A DNA stretch of 56,382 nucleotides from a bacterium (GCA_035763845.1 DASUAK010000022.1:1-56382), one strand, 5' to 3'; shown: positions 38,890 to 48,359, numbered from the stretch's first letter. Numbers and translations: made by a program. The notes: a model not told the origin generated them from the sequence alone.

Positions 38890-39918
38890 GTGTCCATGGC
38901 CCCATCATCTGACGTCCATCCGAGGTTCTGGCGAAACGAGCGCTTCCTCAGCCTCGTCATCCAGGTGCTGTTCCTCGCCGCCGTCGTGCTCGCCGCCTGG
39001 GCGGGGCTGGGGGCCCTCGACGCGAGCCTCCGGCGCCAGAACATCCGGCTCGACTGGTCATTCTGGCGCCAGCCCGCGGGGTTCGAGCTGAGCGCGCTGT
39101 CCTGGACGATCGATCTGGAGACGCTCAGCCCCAAGCGCTACGATCCCGGCGACTCGGCCGGCGAGGCCATGCTTGCCGGTCTCTTCAACACGATCAAAGT
39201 CGCCGCGCTGGGGATCGTCCTGGCGCTGTGGCTCGGGGTCCTGGTCGGCGTGGCCCGCCTCTCCCGGAATTGGCTGGTGAACCGGCTGGCCCTGGCCTAC
39301 GTGGAGCTGCTGCGGAACACGCCGCTGCTCGTGCAGCTGTTCTTCTGGTACTTCGCGGTGCTGCTCCAGATGCCGAACGGCTCGCCCGAGCAGCCGCCGC
39401 TGCGCCTGTTCGGCGACGCGGTGGTGCTGACCAACTCGGCGCTGGCCTTCGGCGGCACGGTCGTGGAGCGCTTCGGCCGGCTGATGGTGGACGGGGGCTT
39501 CCAGCTCACCCCGGAGTTCGCCGCCCTGGTGGCGGGGCTGTCCGTGTACACCGCGGCGTTCATCGCCGAGATCGTGCGGGGCGGGATCCTCGCCGTGCCG
39601 CGCGGGCAGATGGAGGCCGCGCGCAGCCTCGGTCTCACCTACGGGCAGGCGCTGCGGACGATCGTTCTGCCGCAGGCGCTGCGGATCGTGATCCCGCCGC
39701 TGGGGAACCAGTTCCTGAACCTCACCAAGAACAGCAGCCTGGCCCTCGGCATCGGCTTCGCCGAGTTCCTGACCACGGCGAACACCGTCAGCAGCCAGTC
39801 GTTCCGCTCGCTGGAGGCGTTCTCGGCCGTGACCGTGGGCTACCTCGTGCTCTCCCTGCTGATCGCCGGCGCGCTGGCCCTGATCCGGGGACGGCTCGCC
39901 CTGCCGGGGCACTCCTAG
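38890..39918 (+). CDS. Amino acid ABC transporter permease (AapQ/BztB-like)
   Basis: Long N-terminal extension, then the His/Glu/Gln/Arg-type permease core (FIAEIVRGGILAVPRGQMEAARSLGL). Confidence 0.88.
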   Translation: MSMAPSSDVHPRFWRNERFLSLVIQVLFLAAVVLAAWAGLGALDASLRRQNIRLDWSFWRQPAGFELSALSWTIDLETLSPKRYDPGDSAGEAMLAGLFNTIKVAALGIVLALWLGVLVGVARLSRNWLVNRLALAYVELLRNTPLLVQLFFWYFAVLLQMPNGSPEQPPLRLFGDAVVLTNSALAFGGTVVERFGRLMVDGGFQLTPEFAALVAGLSVYTAAFIAEIVRGGILAVPRGQMEAARSLGLTYGQALRTIVLPQALRIVIPPLGNQFLNLTKNSSLALGIGFAEFLTTANTVSSQSFRSLEAFSAVTVGYLVLSLLIAGALALIRGRLALPGHS

Positions 39919-40934
39919 TGGCGGCCCGGGTGGACGTCCTGCTCCCGTCCGATCGAGCCGTCTCCGCCCGGCAATGGGCGTCGCGCAACCTCTTCGACGG
40001 CGCGTGGAACTCCGTGCTGACCCTGGCCGCCGCGGGCATCCTCGCGGCGGGCGTCCCCGCCGCCCTGCGCTGGATCTTCAGGGCCCACTGGGGGATCGTG
40101 GCGGACAACCTCCGCTTCTGGCTGGTGGGGCCGATGCCGGTGGAGTATGCAGGCCGCGCCTACTGGGCGGGCGGTCTCGTCGCCGCGGCGGTCCTCCTGA
40201 CCGCGATCGGGATCCGCGCCCGGGTGCGCGCCGGACAGCTGGCCGCCCTGTGGGCCGGCACGGCGCTGGGAACGGTCTGGGTCATGTCGCCGGTCCGGCT
40301 GGACTACGTGGGCGGGCTGTACCTGACCCTCCTGCTGGCCACCGCCGCCATCACCGCTTCCTTCCCGCTGGGCGTGCTGATCGGGATGGGCCGGGTCAGC
40401 CGGCTGCCCGTGGTCCGCGCCTTCGCCATCCTCTACATCGAGCTGGTCCGCGGCATCCCGTTTATCACGGTGCTGCTCTGGTTCTCCGTCTTCGTCACGC
40501 TGGTGAGCGGGGACGCCCTGGGGCGCGTGCAGCGCGCGATGATCGCGATGACCGTGTTCACCGCGGCCTACGTGGGGGAGATCGTGCGCGCCGGCATCCA
40601 GTCCGTGCCGCGCGGCCAGGTGGAGGCGGCGCGGGCGCTGGGGCTGGGCCGCGGCCAGACGATGCTGCGCATCGTGCTGCCCCAGGCCATCAAGGTCATG
40701 ATCCCGGCGCTGGTCGGGCAGTTCATCAGCCTGTTCAAGGACACCTCGCTCGCCGTGATCATCGGGCTCACCGAGCTCGTGGGCACCGGCCGCGCGCTGC
40801 TGGCGATCACGGCCTACCTGCATGACGCCCGCGAGGTGTACGTCTTCCTGCTCGTCGTGTACTTCGTCTTCTCGTCCACGATGTCGTACGCCAGCCGCCG
40901 CCTGGAGCGCCGGCTGGGTCTGGGAGAACGGTAG
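39918..40934 (+). CDS. Amino acid ABC transporter permease (AapM/BztC-like)
   Basis: GTG 39918 overlaps the upstream TAG by 1 nt. AAYVGEIVRAGIQSVPRGQVEAARALGL. Confidence 0.88.
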   Translation: MAARVDVLLPSDRAVSARQWASRNLFDGAWNSVLTLAAAGILAAGVPAALRWIFRAHWGIVADNLRFWLVGPMPVEYAGRAYWAGGLVAAAVLLTAIGIRARVRAGQLAALWAGTALGTVWVMSPVRLDYVGGLYLTLLLATAAITASFPLGVLIGMGRVSRLPVVRAFAILYIELVRGIPFITVLLWFSVFVTLVSGDALGRVQRAMIAMTVFTAAYVGEIVRAGIQSVPRGQVEAARALGLGRGQTMLRIVLPQAIKVMIPALVGQFISLFKDTSLAVIIGLTELVGTGRALLAITAYLHDAREVYVFLLVVYFVFSSTMSYASRRLERRLGLGER

Positions 40935-40946
40935 CGGAGGGGCGGC

Positions 40947-41702
40947 ATGGCCGAGGGGAACGGCGCACCGATCATCCTGATGGACGACGTGCACAAGTGG
41001 TTCGGCAAGCTGCACGTCCTGCGCGGCATCAACCTGCGGGTCAACGCCGGCGAGGTGGTGGTGATCGCCGGGCCGTCCGGATCGGGCAAGTCGACGATGA
41101 TCCGCTGCATCAATCGCCTGGAGAGCCATCAGCGGGGACGGATCGTCGTGGACAGCATCGAGCTGACCGACGACACCCACAACATCGACGCGGTGCGCAG
41201 CGAGGTGGGGATGGTCTTCCAGTCCTTCAACCTCTTCCCGCACCTCACCGTGCTGCAGAACATCGCGCTGGCCCCGGTGCGCGTGCGGAAGTGGCCGCGG
41301 GCGAAGGCGGAGCGCGCGGCGATGGAGCTGCTGGAGCGCGTGGGGATGCCGGAGAAGGCGTCCGGCTACCCGGGCCAGCTCTCCGGCGGCCAGCAGCAGC
41401 GCGTGGCCATTGCCCGGGCCCTGGCCATGCAGCCGAAGATCATGCTGTTCGACGAGCCGACCTCGGCGCTGGACCCCGAGATGATCCAGGAGGTCCTGGA
41501 CGTGATGCGCGGGCTGGCCCGCGAGGCCGGGATGACGATGCTGATCGTGACGCACGAGATGGGCTTCGCCCGCGAGGTCGCCGACCGCATCATCTTCATG
41601 GACGGGGGCGTGATCGTGGAGGAGGGCGCGCCGGAGCACTTCTTCACGAACCCGACGCACCCGCGCACGAAGCTGTTCCTCTCGAAGATCCTGCACCAGT
41701 AG
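40947..41702 (+). CDS. Amino acid ABC transporter ATP-binding protein (GlnQ/AapP-like)
   Basis: Walker [10 protein letters not shown], signature [15 protein letters not shown], Walker [19 protein letters not shown] before the ATG. Confidence 0.95.
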   Translation: MAEGNGAPIILMDDVHKWFGKLHVLRGINLRVNAGEVVVIAGPSGSGKSTMIRCINRLESHQRGRIVVDSIELTDDTHNIDAVRSEVGMVFQSFNLFPHLTVLQNIALAPVRVRKWPRAKAERAAMELLERVGMPEKASGYPGQLSGGQQQRVAIARALAMQPKIMLFDEPTSALDPEMIQEVLDVMRGLAREAGMTMLIVTHEMGFAREVADRIIFMDGGVIVEEGAPEHFFTNPTHPRTKLFLSKILHQ

Positions 41703-41730
41703 CGGGTGGCGCGGGCGCAGACGCCGCGCA

Positions 41731-41739
41731 TGCTATAAT
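41731..41739 (+). promoter_or_regulatory. Extended -10 element (TGCTATAAT) upstream of the CNNM gene
   Basis: Perfect TATAAT at 41734-41739 with a TG at the extended -10 position. No convincing -35. Confidence 0.4.
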
Positions 41740-41766
41740 GATCAGGCACGCCTGCACCACGAAAGG

Positions 41767-43062
41767 GTGAGACCTCCTCCGTTGGACGGTTCAGGTAGTC
41801 CGCTGGGCTACGTCGTTCTGGCCCTCCTGCTCCTGCTGTCCGCCTTCTTCTCCGGATCGGAGACGGCGCTGCTCGCCGCGAACAAGCTCCGGCTGCGGCA
41901 GCTGCACGAAGAGGGAAACGCCCGCGCCGGCATCGTCCGCCGCCTCCTGGACGAGCCGGGCCGCGTGCTGACGGCGCTGCTCGTCGGCAACAACATCGTC
42001 AACGTCGCCGCGACGGTCCTGGCCACGGCGCTCCTCGTGGGGCTCTGGGGGCCGCAGCGCGGGCCGCTGTACGCCCTGATCGGCATGACGCTGCTGCTCC
42101 TCGTGTTCGGGGAGATCACGCCCAAGACGTTCGCCGCGAAGTACGCGGACCGCCTGGCGATGTGGGTCTCCACCCCCGTGCGGGCGCTCACCGTGCTGCT
42201 CTCCCCCGTGATCCGCGTCCTCTCGCTCCTCAGCAACCTGCTCCTGCGGCCGCTGGGCGGCCGCGTCGACCTGGCCTCTCCGCTCGTCACCGAAGAGGAG
42301 ATCCGCCTCCTGGTGAAGATGGGCGAAGAGGAAGGGGTCATCCAGGAAGACGAGCGCGAGATGATCCACTCCATCTTCGAGTTCGGGGACACCGTGGCCC
42401 GCGAGGTGATGGTGCCGCGCATCGACATGGTCTGCGTCGCCGACACGGACAGCGTCGCCGACGCGATGCGCGTCGTGCGCGCGGAGGGGCACTCGCGGCT
42501 CCCCGTCTATCACGACTCGATCGACCAGATCGTCGGCGTCGTGCACGTGAAGGACCTGATCCCCTTCGTCCAGGACGGCCGCGGCTCGACCCCGGTGAAG
42601 GAGGCCGCGCGGGCCGCCTATTTCATCCCGGAGAGCAAGCCCCTCGACGGTCTGTTCCGCGAGATGCGCCGGCGCAAGGCGCACCTGGCCATCGTCGTGG
42701 ACGAGTACGGCGGGACGGCGGGGCTGGTCACCATCGAGGACCTGCTGGAGGAGATCGTCGGGCCCATCCTGGACGAGTACGACGTCGAGGAGAAGCTGTT
42801 CGAGGTCGTCAACGAGTCCGTGGCCCTGGTCGACGGCCGGGTCAGCCTCGAGGAGGTCAACGAGCAGCTGGGCCTGGATCTCCCCGTCGACGAGGTGGAC
42901 ACCATCGGCGGCTTCGTCTACTCGCTGCTCGGGCACGTCCCTGCCCAGGGCGAGAGCGTGACCCACGACGGCGTCGAGCTCGTCGTCGAGCGTCTGGAGG
43001 GCCACCGCGTCGCGCGGGTGAAGGTCACCCGGCGCGTTCCCACCGAGCAGCTCCGCTCGTAG
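41767..43062 (+). CDS. CNNM/CorC-HlyC family transporter-associated protein (DUF21 + CBS pair + CorC_HlyC)
   Basis: FFSGSETALLAANKLRL (DUF21), a CBS pair (AREVMVPRIDMV...HSRLPVY), and a C-terminal GESVTHDGVELVVERLEGHRVARVKV. Confidence 0.88.
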   Translation: MRPPPLDGSGSPLGYVVLALLLLLSAFFSGSETALLAANKLRLRQLHEEGNARAGIVRRLLDEPGRVLTALLVGNNIVNVAATVLATALLVGLWGPQRGPLYALIGMTLLLLVFGEITPKTFAAKYADRLAMWVSTPVRALTVLLSPVIRVLSLLSNLLLRPLGGRVDLASPLVTEEEIRLLVKMGEEEGVIQEDEREMIHSIFEFGDTVAREVMVPRIDMVCVADTDSVADAMRVVRAEGHSRLPVYHDSIDQIVGVVHVKDLIPFVQDGRGSTPVKEAARAAYFIPESKPLDGLFREMRRRKAHLAIVVDEYGGTAGLVTIEDLLEEIVGPILDEYDVEEKLFEVVNESVALVDGRVSLEEVNEQLGLDLPVDEVDTIGGFVYSLLGHVPAQGESVTHDGVELVVERLEGHRVARVKVTRRVPTEQLRS

Positions 43063-43695
43063 ATGCGCTCCCGGCTGCGGACCTACTTCATCGCCGGGCT
43101 GATCGTCTTTCTCCCCATCGCGATCACCTTCAGCGTGCTGGCCTGGCTGTTCCGCGTCATGGACAGCTTCCTGGGCTGGGTGCTGCCGCCGGTGATCGGG
43201 CGCGAGATCCCGGGGCTGGGGCTGGTCGCCTCGGTCGTGGTCATCTTCCTCCTCGGCGTGCTCGGCACGAACGTCCTGGGCGGCCGCCTGGTCGCCTTCT
43301 TCGAGCGGCAGATGCTGCGCATCCCGCTCGCCCGCAGCATCTACTCGGCGACGAAGTCCGTCAGCGACGCGATCTTCCAGCAGCGCCGGGGGGCGTTCCA
43401 GCGCCCGGTGCTGGTGGAGTGGCCGCGCGCGGGGATGTGGACGCTGGCGTTCGTGACGGGGGAGACGCCGGGCTTCCCCGGCGCGCAGGGGCGGCGGATG
43501 CTCAACGTGTTTGTCGTCACCACCCCGAACCCCACGACGGGGTTCCTTGTCTTCGTGCCGGAGGACGAGACCCGGCCGCTGGCGATGAGCATCGAGGACG
43601 CGCTGAAGATCGTCATGTCCGGCGGGATCGTGTCGTCGGCGTTCACCCCCCAGCCGATGCCGCGGGGCGGCGTCGCCGGCGGGGAGGGCCGGTAG
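43063..43695 (+). CDS. DUF502 family membrane protein
   Basis: ATG directly follows the upstream TAG. FIAGLIVFLPIAITFSVLAWLF..., IPGLGLV..., PNPTTGFLVFVP is typical DUF502. Confidence 0.8.
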   Translation: MRSRLRTYFIAGLIVFLPIAITFSVLAWLFRVMDSFLGWVLPPVIGREIPGLGLVASVVVIFLLGVLGTNVLGGRLVAFFERQMLRIPLARSIYSATKSVSDAIFQQRRGAFQRPVLVEWPRAGMWTLAFVTGETPGFPGAQGRRMLNVFVVTTPNPTTGFLVFVPEDETRPLAMSIEDALKIVMSGGIVSSAFTPQPMPRGGVAGGEGR

Positions 43696-43699
43696 CCCG

Positions 43700-44143
43700 A
43701 TGGCGGCGCCAGCGCGGGCGCGCAGCCGGCGGGGTGCGGCCTCCGACGCGGCGCTCATCGAGCTGGCCTCGGCCGCGCGCAGCCATTCTTACGCCCCGTA
43801 CTCGCGCTTTCGCGTGGGCGCGGCAGTGCGCACGGCGGACGGGCGGGTCTACACCGGGGCCAACATCGAGAACGCCGCCTATCCGGTCTCGCACTGCGCC
43901 GAGCGCGTGGCGATCCACAAGGCGGTCTCCGAGGGCCACCGCGCGATCGACACCGTGGCCGTGGTGGCGGACGGGGACGAGCCGGCCATGCCCTGCGGAT
44001 CCTGCCGGCAGGTGATGGCGGAGTTCGGCGTCCGCCGCATCATCGTCGCCGCTCCCGGCGGGCGGCCGCGGGTGCGCACCCTGCGGCAGTTGCTGCCCGA
44101 GCCCTTCTTGCCGGAGCGGCTCCTGGGGAAGCGCCGCCGGTAG
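43700..44143 (+). CDS. cdd: Cytidine deaminase
   Basis: YAPYSRFRVGAAV, zinc ligands HCAERVAI and PCGSCRQVMAEF. Confidence 0.93.
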   Translation: MAAPARARSRRGAASDAALIELASAARSHSYAPYSRFRVGAAVRTADGRVYTGANIENAAYPVSHCAERVAIHKAVSEGHRAIDTVAVVADGDEPAMPCGSCRQVMAEFGVRRIIVAAPGGRPRVRTLRQLLPEPFLPERLLGKRRR

Positions 44144-44147
44144 CCGG

Positions 44148-45032
44148 ATGCGCAGCGGCTTCGTCGCCCTGGCCGGCCGCCCCAATACCGGCAAGTCCAC
44201 GCTCCTCAACCGGCTCGTCGGCCACAAGGTGGCCATCACCTCGCCGGTGCCCCAAACGACGCGAACACGCCTGCAGGGGGTGCTCACCCTCCCCGGCGTC
44301 CAGATCGTCTTTGTGGACACGCCGGGGCTGCACGACCCACGCCACCGCCTGGGGGAGCGCATGGTGGCGGAGACGCGCGAGGCGCTCGGCGACGCCGACG
44401 CCGTCCTCGCCGTCTTCGACGTCTCCGTCCCCCTGACCGCCGAGGACCGGCTCACCGCAGCCCTCGTGCGCCGGGTGGGGAAGCCGGCGGTCGCCGCGCT
44501 AAACAAGGCCGAGCGGGTCTCAGGAGAGGATCTCGCCGCCCGTGAAGCCGAGATCCGGGACCTCGCGCCGTTCACCGCGGCCCTCCCCGTTTCCGCCGCA
44601 CGGGGGGAAGGGCTGCCGGGGCTGCTCGAAGCCCTGGCCGCCCTGCTGCCCGAGGGGCCGCAGTACTTCCCTCCGGAGATGATGACCGACCGCAGCGAGC
44701 AGTTCCTCGTGCGCGAGCTGATCCGGGAGCAGGCCATCGCCCTCACGCGCGAGGAGCTGCCCCACGGCATCGCCGTGGAGCTCGAGGAGTTCGCCGAGCG
44801 CCCCAAGGACCTGACCTACATCCGGGCCACGGTGCACGTGGAGCGCGAGTCGCACAAGAAGATGCTGATCGGCCGCGAGGGCCGGAGGCTCAAGGAGATC
44901 GGCCGCCGGGCGCGGGCGGAGATCGAGCGTCTGCTCGGCCGCCGCGTCTACCTCGACCTGTGGGTGAAGACCTCGAAGGACTGGCGCGACCGCGAGGAGC
45001 TCATCCGCGCCTTCCACCCCGAGCAGGAGTAA
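44148..45032 (+). CDS. era: GTPase Era
   Basis: G1 GRPNTGKST, G3 DTPG, and a C-terminal KH domain (IRATVHVERESHKKMLIGREGRRLKEIG). Confidence 0.97.
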   Translation: MRSGFVALAGRPNTGKSTLLNRLVGHKVAITSPVPQTTRTRLQGVLTLPGVQIVFVDTPGLHDPRHRLGERMVAETREALGDADAVLAVFDVSVPLTAEDRLTAALVRRVGKPAVAALNKAERVSGEDLAAREAEIRDLAPFTAALPVSAARGEGLPGLLEALAALLPEGPQYFPPEMMTDRSEQFLVRELIREQAIALTREELPHGIAVELEEFAERPKDLTYIRATVHVERESHKKMLIGREGRRLKEIGRRARAEIERLLGRRVYLDLWVKTSKDWRDREELIRAFHPEQE

Positions 45033-45070
45033 ACAAGGGAAATAGCGGGCGGGCGTGAAAAGCCCATCGG

Positions 45071-46360
45071 ATGATTTACCTGAGCCGCCTCATCAACGCA
45101 CCCATCGTGGATGCCTCAAGCGAGCGCCTCGGAGTACTGGGCGACATCGCGGTGGACGTCCGGGAGTCCCTCCCGCGCGTGACGGGGCTCTGGCTCCGGG
45201 GCGACCGCAGCCGTCTGGCCCTCATCCCGTGGGAGTCGGTCGCCCGCGTCGCCGAGGGCGAGATCCTCCTCAAGGTCGAGCGCCGTTTCCTCCAGCCCCG
45301 CCCCCTGCAGCCGGAGGAGCTGCTGCTGGCCGGCGTCCTCGACTCCCAGGTGGTCGACACCGACGGTCTGAAGGTCGTGCGCGTCAACGATCTGCACCTC
45401 ACCCCCGCCAACGGGGAGGTCCGCCTCATCGCCGCCGACGTGGGGACGATGGGACTGCTGCGCCGCCTGAATCTCGATCGCCCCGTGCAGTCCGTCGCCC
45501 AGGCGCTGCGCCGCCCGCTCTCCGACCGGGTCATCCCGTGGAAGATGGTGGCCGCCTTCGGCGGCGGGCTCACCCCGATCAAGCTCAGCGTCTCGCGCCA
45601 GCGCCTCCGGGAGATCCACCCCGCCGACCTGGGCCAGTTGATGGAGGACCTCGACCGCGACGAGCGGCTGGAGGTGATGACCGCCCTCGAGCACGAAGCC
45701 GCCGCGGACGCCCTGGCCGAGGCCGATCCCGAGGTCCAGACCGACGTGATGAAGAGCCTGCCCAGCGAGCTCGCCGCGGACATCCTCGACGAGATGTCAC
45801 CGGACGACGCCACGGACGTGCTCGAGGAGCTGCCGGAGGAGCGCGCCGAGGAGCTGATCGGGCTGATGGCCCCCGAGGAGGCGGCCGACGTCAGGAAGCT
45901 GCTCAAGTATCCCGAGGACACCGCCGGCAGCGTCATGACCACGGAGTTCATCGCCCTGCCGGAGGGGCTGACCGCGGAGGCGACGCTGGCCCGCCTGCGG
46001 GAGCTGGCCCCCGAGGCGGAGTCCATCTACTACTTCTATGTGGTCGACGGCCAGCACCGGCTGGTCGGGGTGCTGCCCCTGCGCGCTTTGATCATGGCCC
46101 GGCCGGCCCAGCCGATCGCCGAGATCATGGCCCGGGACGTCATATCGATCTTCGCCTACGACGAGATCGAGACGGTGGCGGCCGCGCTGACCAAGTACGA
46201 TCTGCTCGCCCTGCCGGTCGTGGACGAGACGGGGCGGCTGCTCGGCGCGGTCACGGTGGACGACATCATCGACGTCGTGCTGCGCAAGGGCCGGCGCCGC
46301 ATCCCCCTGCGGTTCCGCCGGCGCGGCAAGCAGCGCCGGGAGCGCGCCGGGGCGCGCTGA
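45071..46360 (+). CDS. Soluble MgtE-like protein: PRC-barrel-like N-terminus + MgtE_N domain + CBS pair, with no transmembrane pore
   Basis: HPADLGQLMEDLDRDERLEV...LPSELAADILDEMSPDDATDVLEELPEE (MgtE_N). TAGSVMTTEFIAL...LPVVDETGRLLGAVTVDDIIDV (CBS pair). Ends in a basic tail RKGRRRIPLRFRRRGKQRRERAGAR with no hydrophobic helices. Confidence 0.85.
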   Translation: MIYLSRLINAPIVDASSERLGVLGDIAVDVRESLPRVTGLWLRGDRSRLALIPWESVARVAEGEILLKVERRFLQPRPLQPEELLLAGVLDSQVVDTDGLKVVRVNDLHLTPANGEVRLIAADVGTMGLLRRLNLDRPVQSVAQALRRPLSDRVIPWKMVAAFGGGLTPIKLSVSRQRLREIHPADLGQLMEDLDRDERLEVMTALEHEAAADALAEADPEVQTDVMKSLPSELAADILDEMSPDDATDVLEELPEERAEELIGLMAPEEAADVRKLLKYPEDTAGSVMTTEFIALPEGLTAEATLARLRELAPEAESIYYFYVVDGQHRLVGVLPLRALIMARPAQPIAEIMARDVISIFAYDEIETVAAALTKYDLLALPVVDETGRLLGAVTVDDIIDVVLRKGRRRIPLRFRRRGKQRRERAGAR

Positions 46361-47604
46361 TGCGGGGGTGGCTCCAGGCGCGGTGGGCGCGCCTGACGGT
46401 GTTCCTGGCGGTGATGGGGCCGGGCATCATCACCGGGAACGTCGACAACGACGCCAACGGCATCGCGACATACTCGATCGCGGGGGCCCACTTCGGCTAC
46501 GGCCTCCTGTGGACGCTCATCCTCTCCACCATCGCCCTGGCCCTGGTCCAGGAGATGGTAGCGCGCATGGGCGCAGTCACGGGCAAGGGGCTGGCCGACC
46601 TGATCCGCGAGCGGTTCCGGGTGCGGCTGACCGTCTTCATCATGATCGTGCTCGTTCTGGCGAACTGGGCGAACACGATCGGCGACTTCGCCGGGATCGC
46701 CGGCGCGCTGGAGATCTTCCGGGTCAGCCGCTACCTCGCCGTGCCCCTGGCCGTCCTCTTCATCTGGCTGCTGGTGGTGCGGGGGAGCTACCGGGTCGTG
46801 GAGCGGGTGTTCCTCGGCGCCACGGTGATCTACGTGACGTACGTCATCTCCGCGGTCCTGGCCGACCCGCCCTGGGCTGAGGTCCTGCGCGCGGCGGTGC
46901 GCCCGACCTGGTCCTTCGACGGGACCTATGTCTCGCTGGTGATCGGGCTCATCGGCACGACGATCGCGCCCTGGATGCAGTTCTACCAGCAGGCCGCGGT
47001 CGTGGACAAGGGGATCGGCGCCCGCGACTACGGCGACGCGCGCCTGGACACCTTCCTCGGCGTGATCTCGCTGAACGCGGTGGCCTTCTTCATCATCGTG
47101 GCCTGCGGGGCGACGCTGTTCGCCCGGGGGGTGGAGGTGCGGAACGCCGCCGACGCGGCCGTGGCCCTGGCGCCGCTGGCCGGCTCGTACGCCGCGGGGC
47201 TGTTCGCGCTGGGACTGCTGAACGCTGGGCTCTTCTCGGTCGCCATCATCCCGCTCTCTACCGCCTACGCCGTGTGCGAGGCCTTCGGCTGGGAGGCGGG
47301 GCTGGACCGGACGATGCGGGAGGCGCCCGCGTTCGTGGGGCTGTTCACGGCGATGCTCGCCGCCTCGGCCCTTGTCATCCTCCTGCCGGGCGTGCCCCTG
47401 ATTCCCGTGATGCTGCTCTCGCAGGTGCTGAACGGGATGCTGCTGCCCTTCGTCCTGATCTTCCTCATTCTGCTCACCGGCGACAGGGAGATCATGGGCG
47501 CCCACCGCAACTCGCGCTTCTTCTCGGCGGTGGCCTGGGTGCTCGTCGTCGCCCTGGCCGCCCTGAGCATCCTGCTCGTCGGCGTCACGATCGTGGGAGG
47601 CTGA
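46360..47604 (+). CDS. Nramp/SLC11-family transporter with an NRMT-type (Mg2+-type) binding-site signature
   Basis: ATG 46360 overlaps the upstream TGA (TGATG). Reads GPGIITGNVDNDANGIATY in TM1 and GLIGTTIAPWMQFY in TM6, in place of the canonical DPGN and GAxxMPH. About 11 hydrophobic segments. Confidence 0.85.
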   Translation: MRGWLQARWARLTVFLAVMGPGIITGNVDNDANGIATYSIAGAHFGYGLLWTLILSTIALALVQEMVARMGAVTGKGLADLIRERFRVRLTVFIMIVLVLANWANTIGDFAGIAGALEIFRVSRYLAVPLAVLFIWLLVVRGSYRVVERVFLGATVIYVTYVISAVLADPPWAEVLRAAVRPTWSFDGTYVSLVIGLIGTTIAPWMQFYQQAAVVDKGIGARDYGDARLDTFLGVISLNAVAFFIIVACGATLFARGVEVRNAADAAVALAPLAGSYAAGLFALGLLNAGLFSVAIIPLSTAYAVCEAFGWEAGLDRTMREAPAFVGLFTAMLAASALVILLPGVPLIPVMLLSQVLNGMLLPFVLIFLILLTGDREIMGAHRNSRFFSAVAWVLVVALAALSILLVGVTIVGG

Positions 47605-47608
47605 GCAT

Positions 47609-48355
47609 TTGCCGGTCTATCGCATCGAGGGGATCGTGATCCGCCGGACCAATCTCGGCGAAGCCGACCGCATCGTCACGCTGTACACCCGAGACCACGG
47701 CAAGCTCGCCGCCGCGGCGAAGGGCGCACGCAAGCCCGGCAGCCGTTTTGCTGGCCGCCTCGAGCTGTTCACGCAGCTGCGCGCGCTGCTGGGGCAGGGA
47801 CGCACGCTGGACGTCGTCTCGCAGGTGGAGGTGATCGAGCCCTTCGCGGCCGTCCGCACCGATCTGGAGCGCCTGGGGGCCGCCTCGTTCGTCGCCGAGG
47901 TGACGGACCGGGCCACGCCCGAGCGAGACCCCCAGCCGGCGGTCTACCACACGGTGCGATCAGCCCTCGAGATGATCGCCGGGGGCGACGCCCAGTTGGC
48001 CGCGATGTGGTTCGTCGCGCAGATGCTGGCCCTGGCCGGCTACGCGCCGGTGACGGACCGCTGCACCGTCTGCGGGCGCGAACCGGCGCGGGGAGCGGCC
48101 TTCAGCTCCGCGCTCGGCGGGAGCGTGTGCGCGGCCCACCGCGAGCGGGACCCCGAAGCGGTGCCGGCGTCCCCGGTGGCGCTGGCCGCCATCGGCTTCC
48201 TGCGGGACGCATCCCCCAGGACGCTGGGCCGGGTCGCGTTCGACCGGGCCCAGCGTGCCGAGGTCGAAAGCCTCCTGCGCCGGTACGCCGAATACCGCTT
48301 CGAGGTCCGGCTGCGCAGCCCGCTCGTCAACGAGCGGCTCGGGCGGGTGCGCTAG
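47609..48355 (+). CDS. recO: DNA repair protein RecO
   Basis: VYRIEGIVIRRTNLGEADRIVTLYTRDHGKL (OB fold) and a zinc motif C..C (DRCTVCGRE...SVCAAH). TTG start with GGGAGG 8 nt upstream. Confidence 0.93.
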   Translation: MPVYRIEGIVIRRTNLGEADRIVTLYTRDHGKLAAAAKGARKPGSRFAGRLELFTQLRALLGQGRTLDVVSQVEVIEPFAAVRTDLERLGAASFVAEVTDRATPERDPQPAVYHTVRSALEMIAGGDAQLAAMWFVAQMLALAGYAPVTDRCTVCGREPARGAAFSSALGGSVCAAHRERDPEAVPASPVALAAIGFLRDASPRTLGRVAFDRAQRAEVESLLRRYAEYRFEVRLRSPLVNERLGRVR

Positions 48356-48359
48356 TTCC

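Noticed and set aside
45071-46360. Possibility that the MgtE-like gene is a truncated pseudogene of a full-length mgtE.
   Set aside because: The ORF is intact with high GC3 throughout and ends in a distinct basic tail. It is start/stop-coupled to a complete transporter gene, and there is no residual MgtE TM-coding sequence downstream in any frame. It is treated as a bona fide soluble protein.
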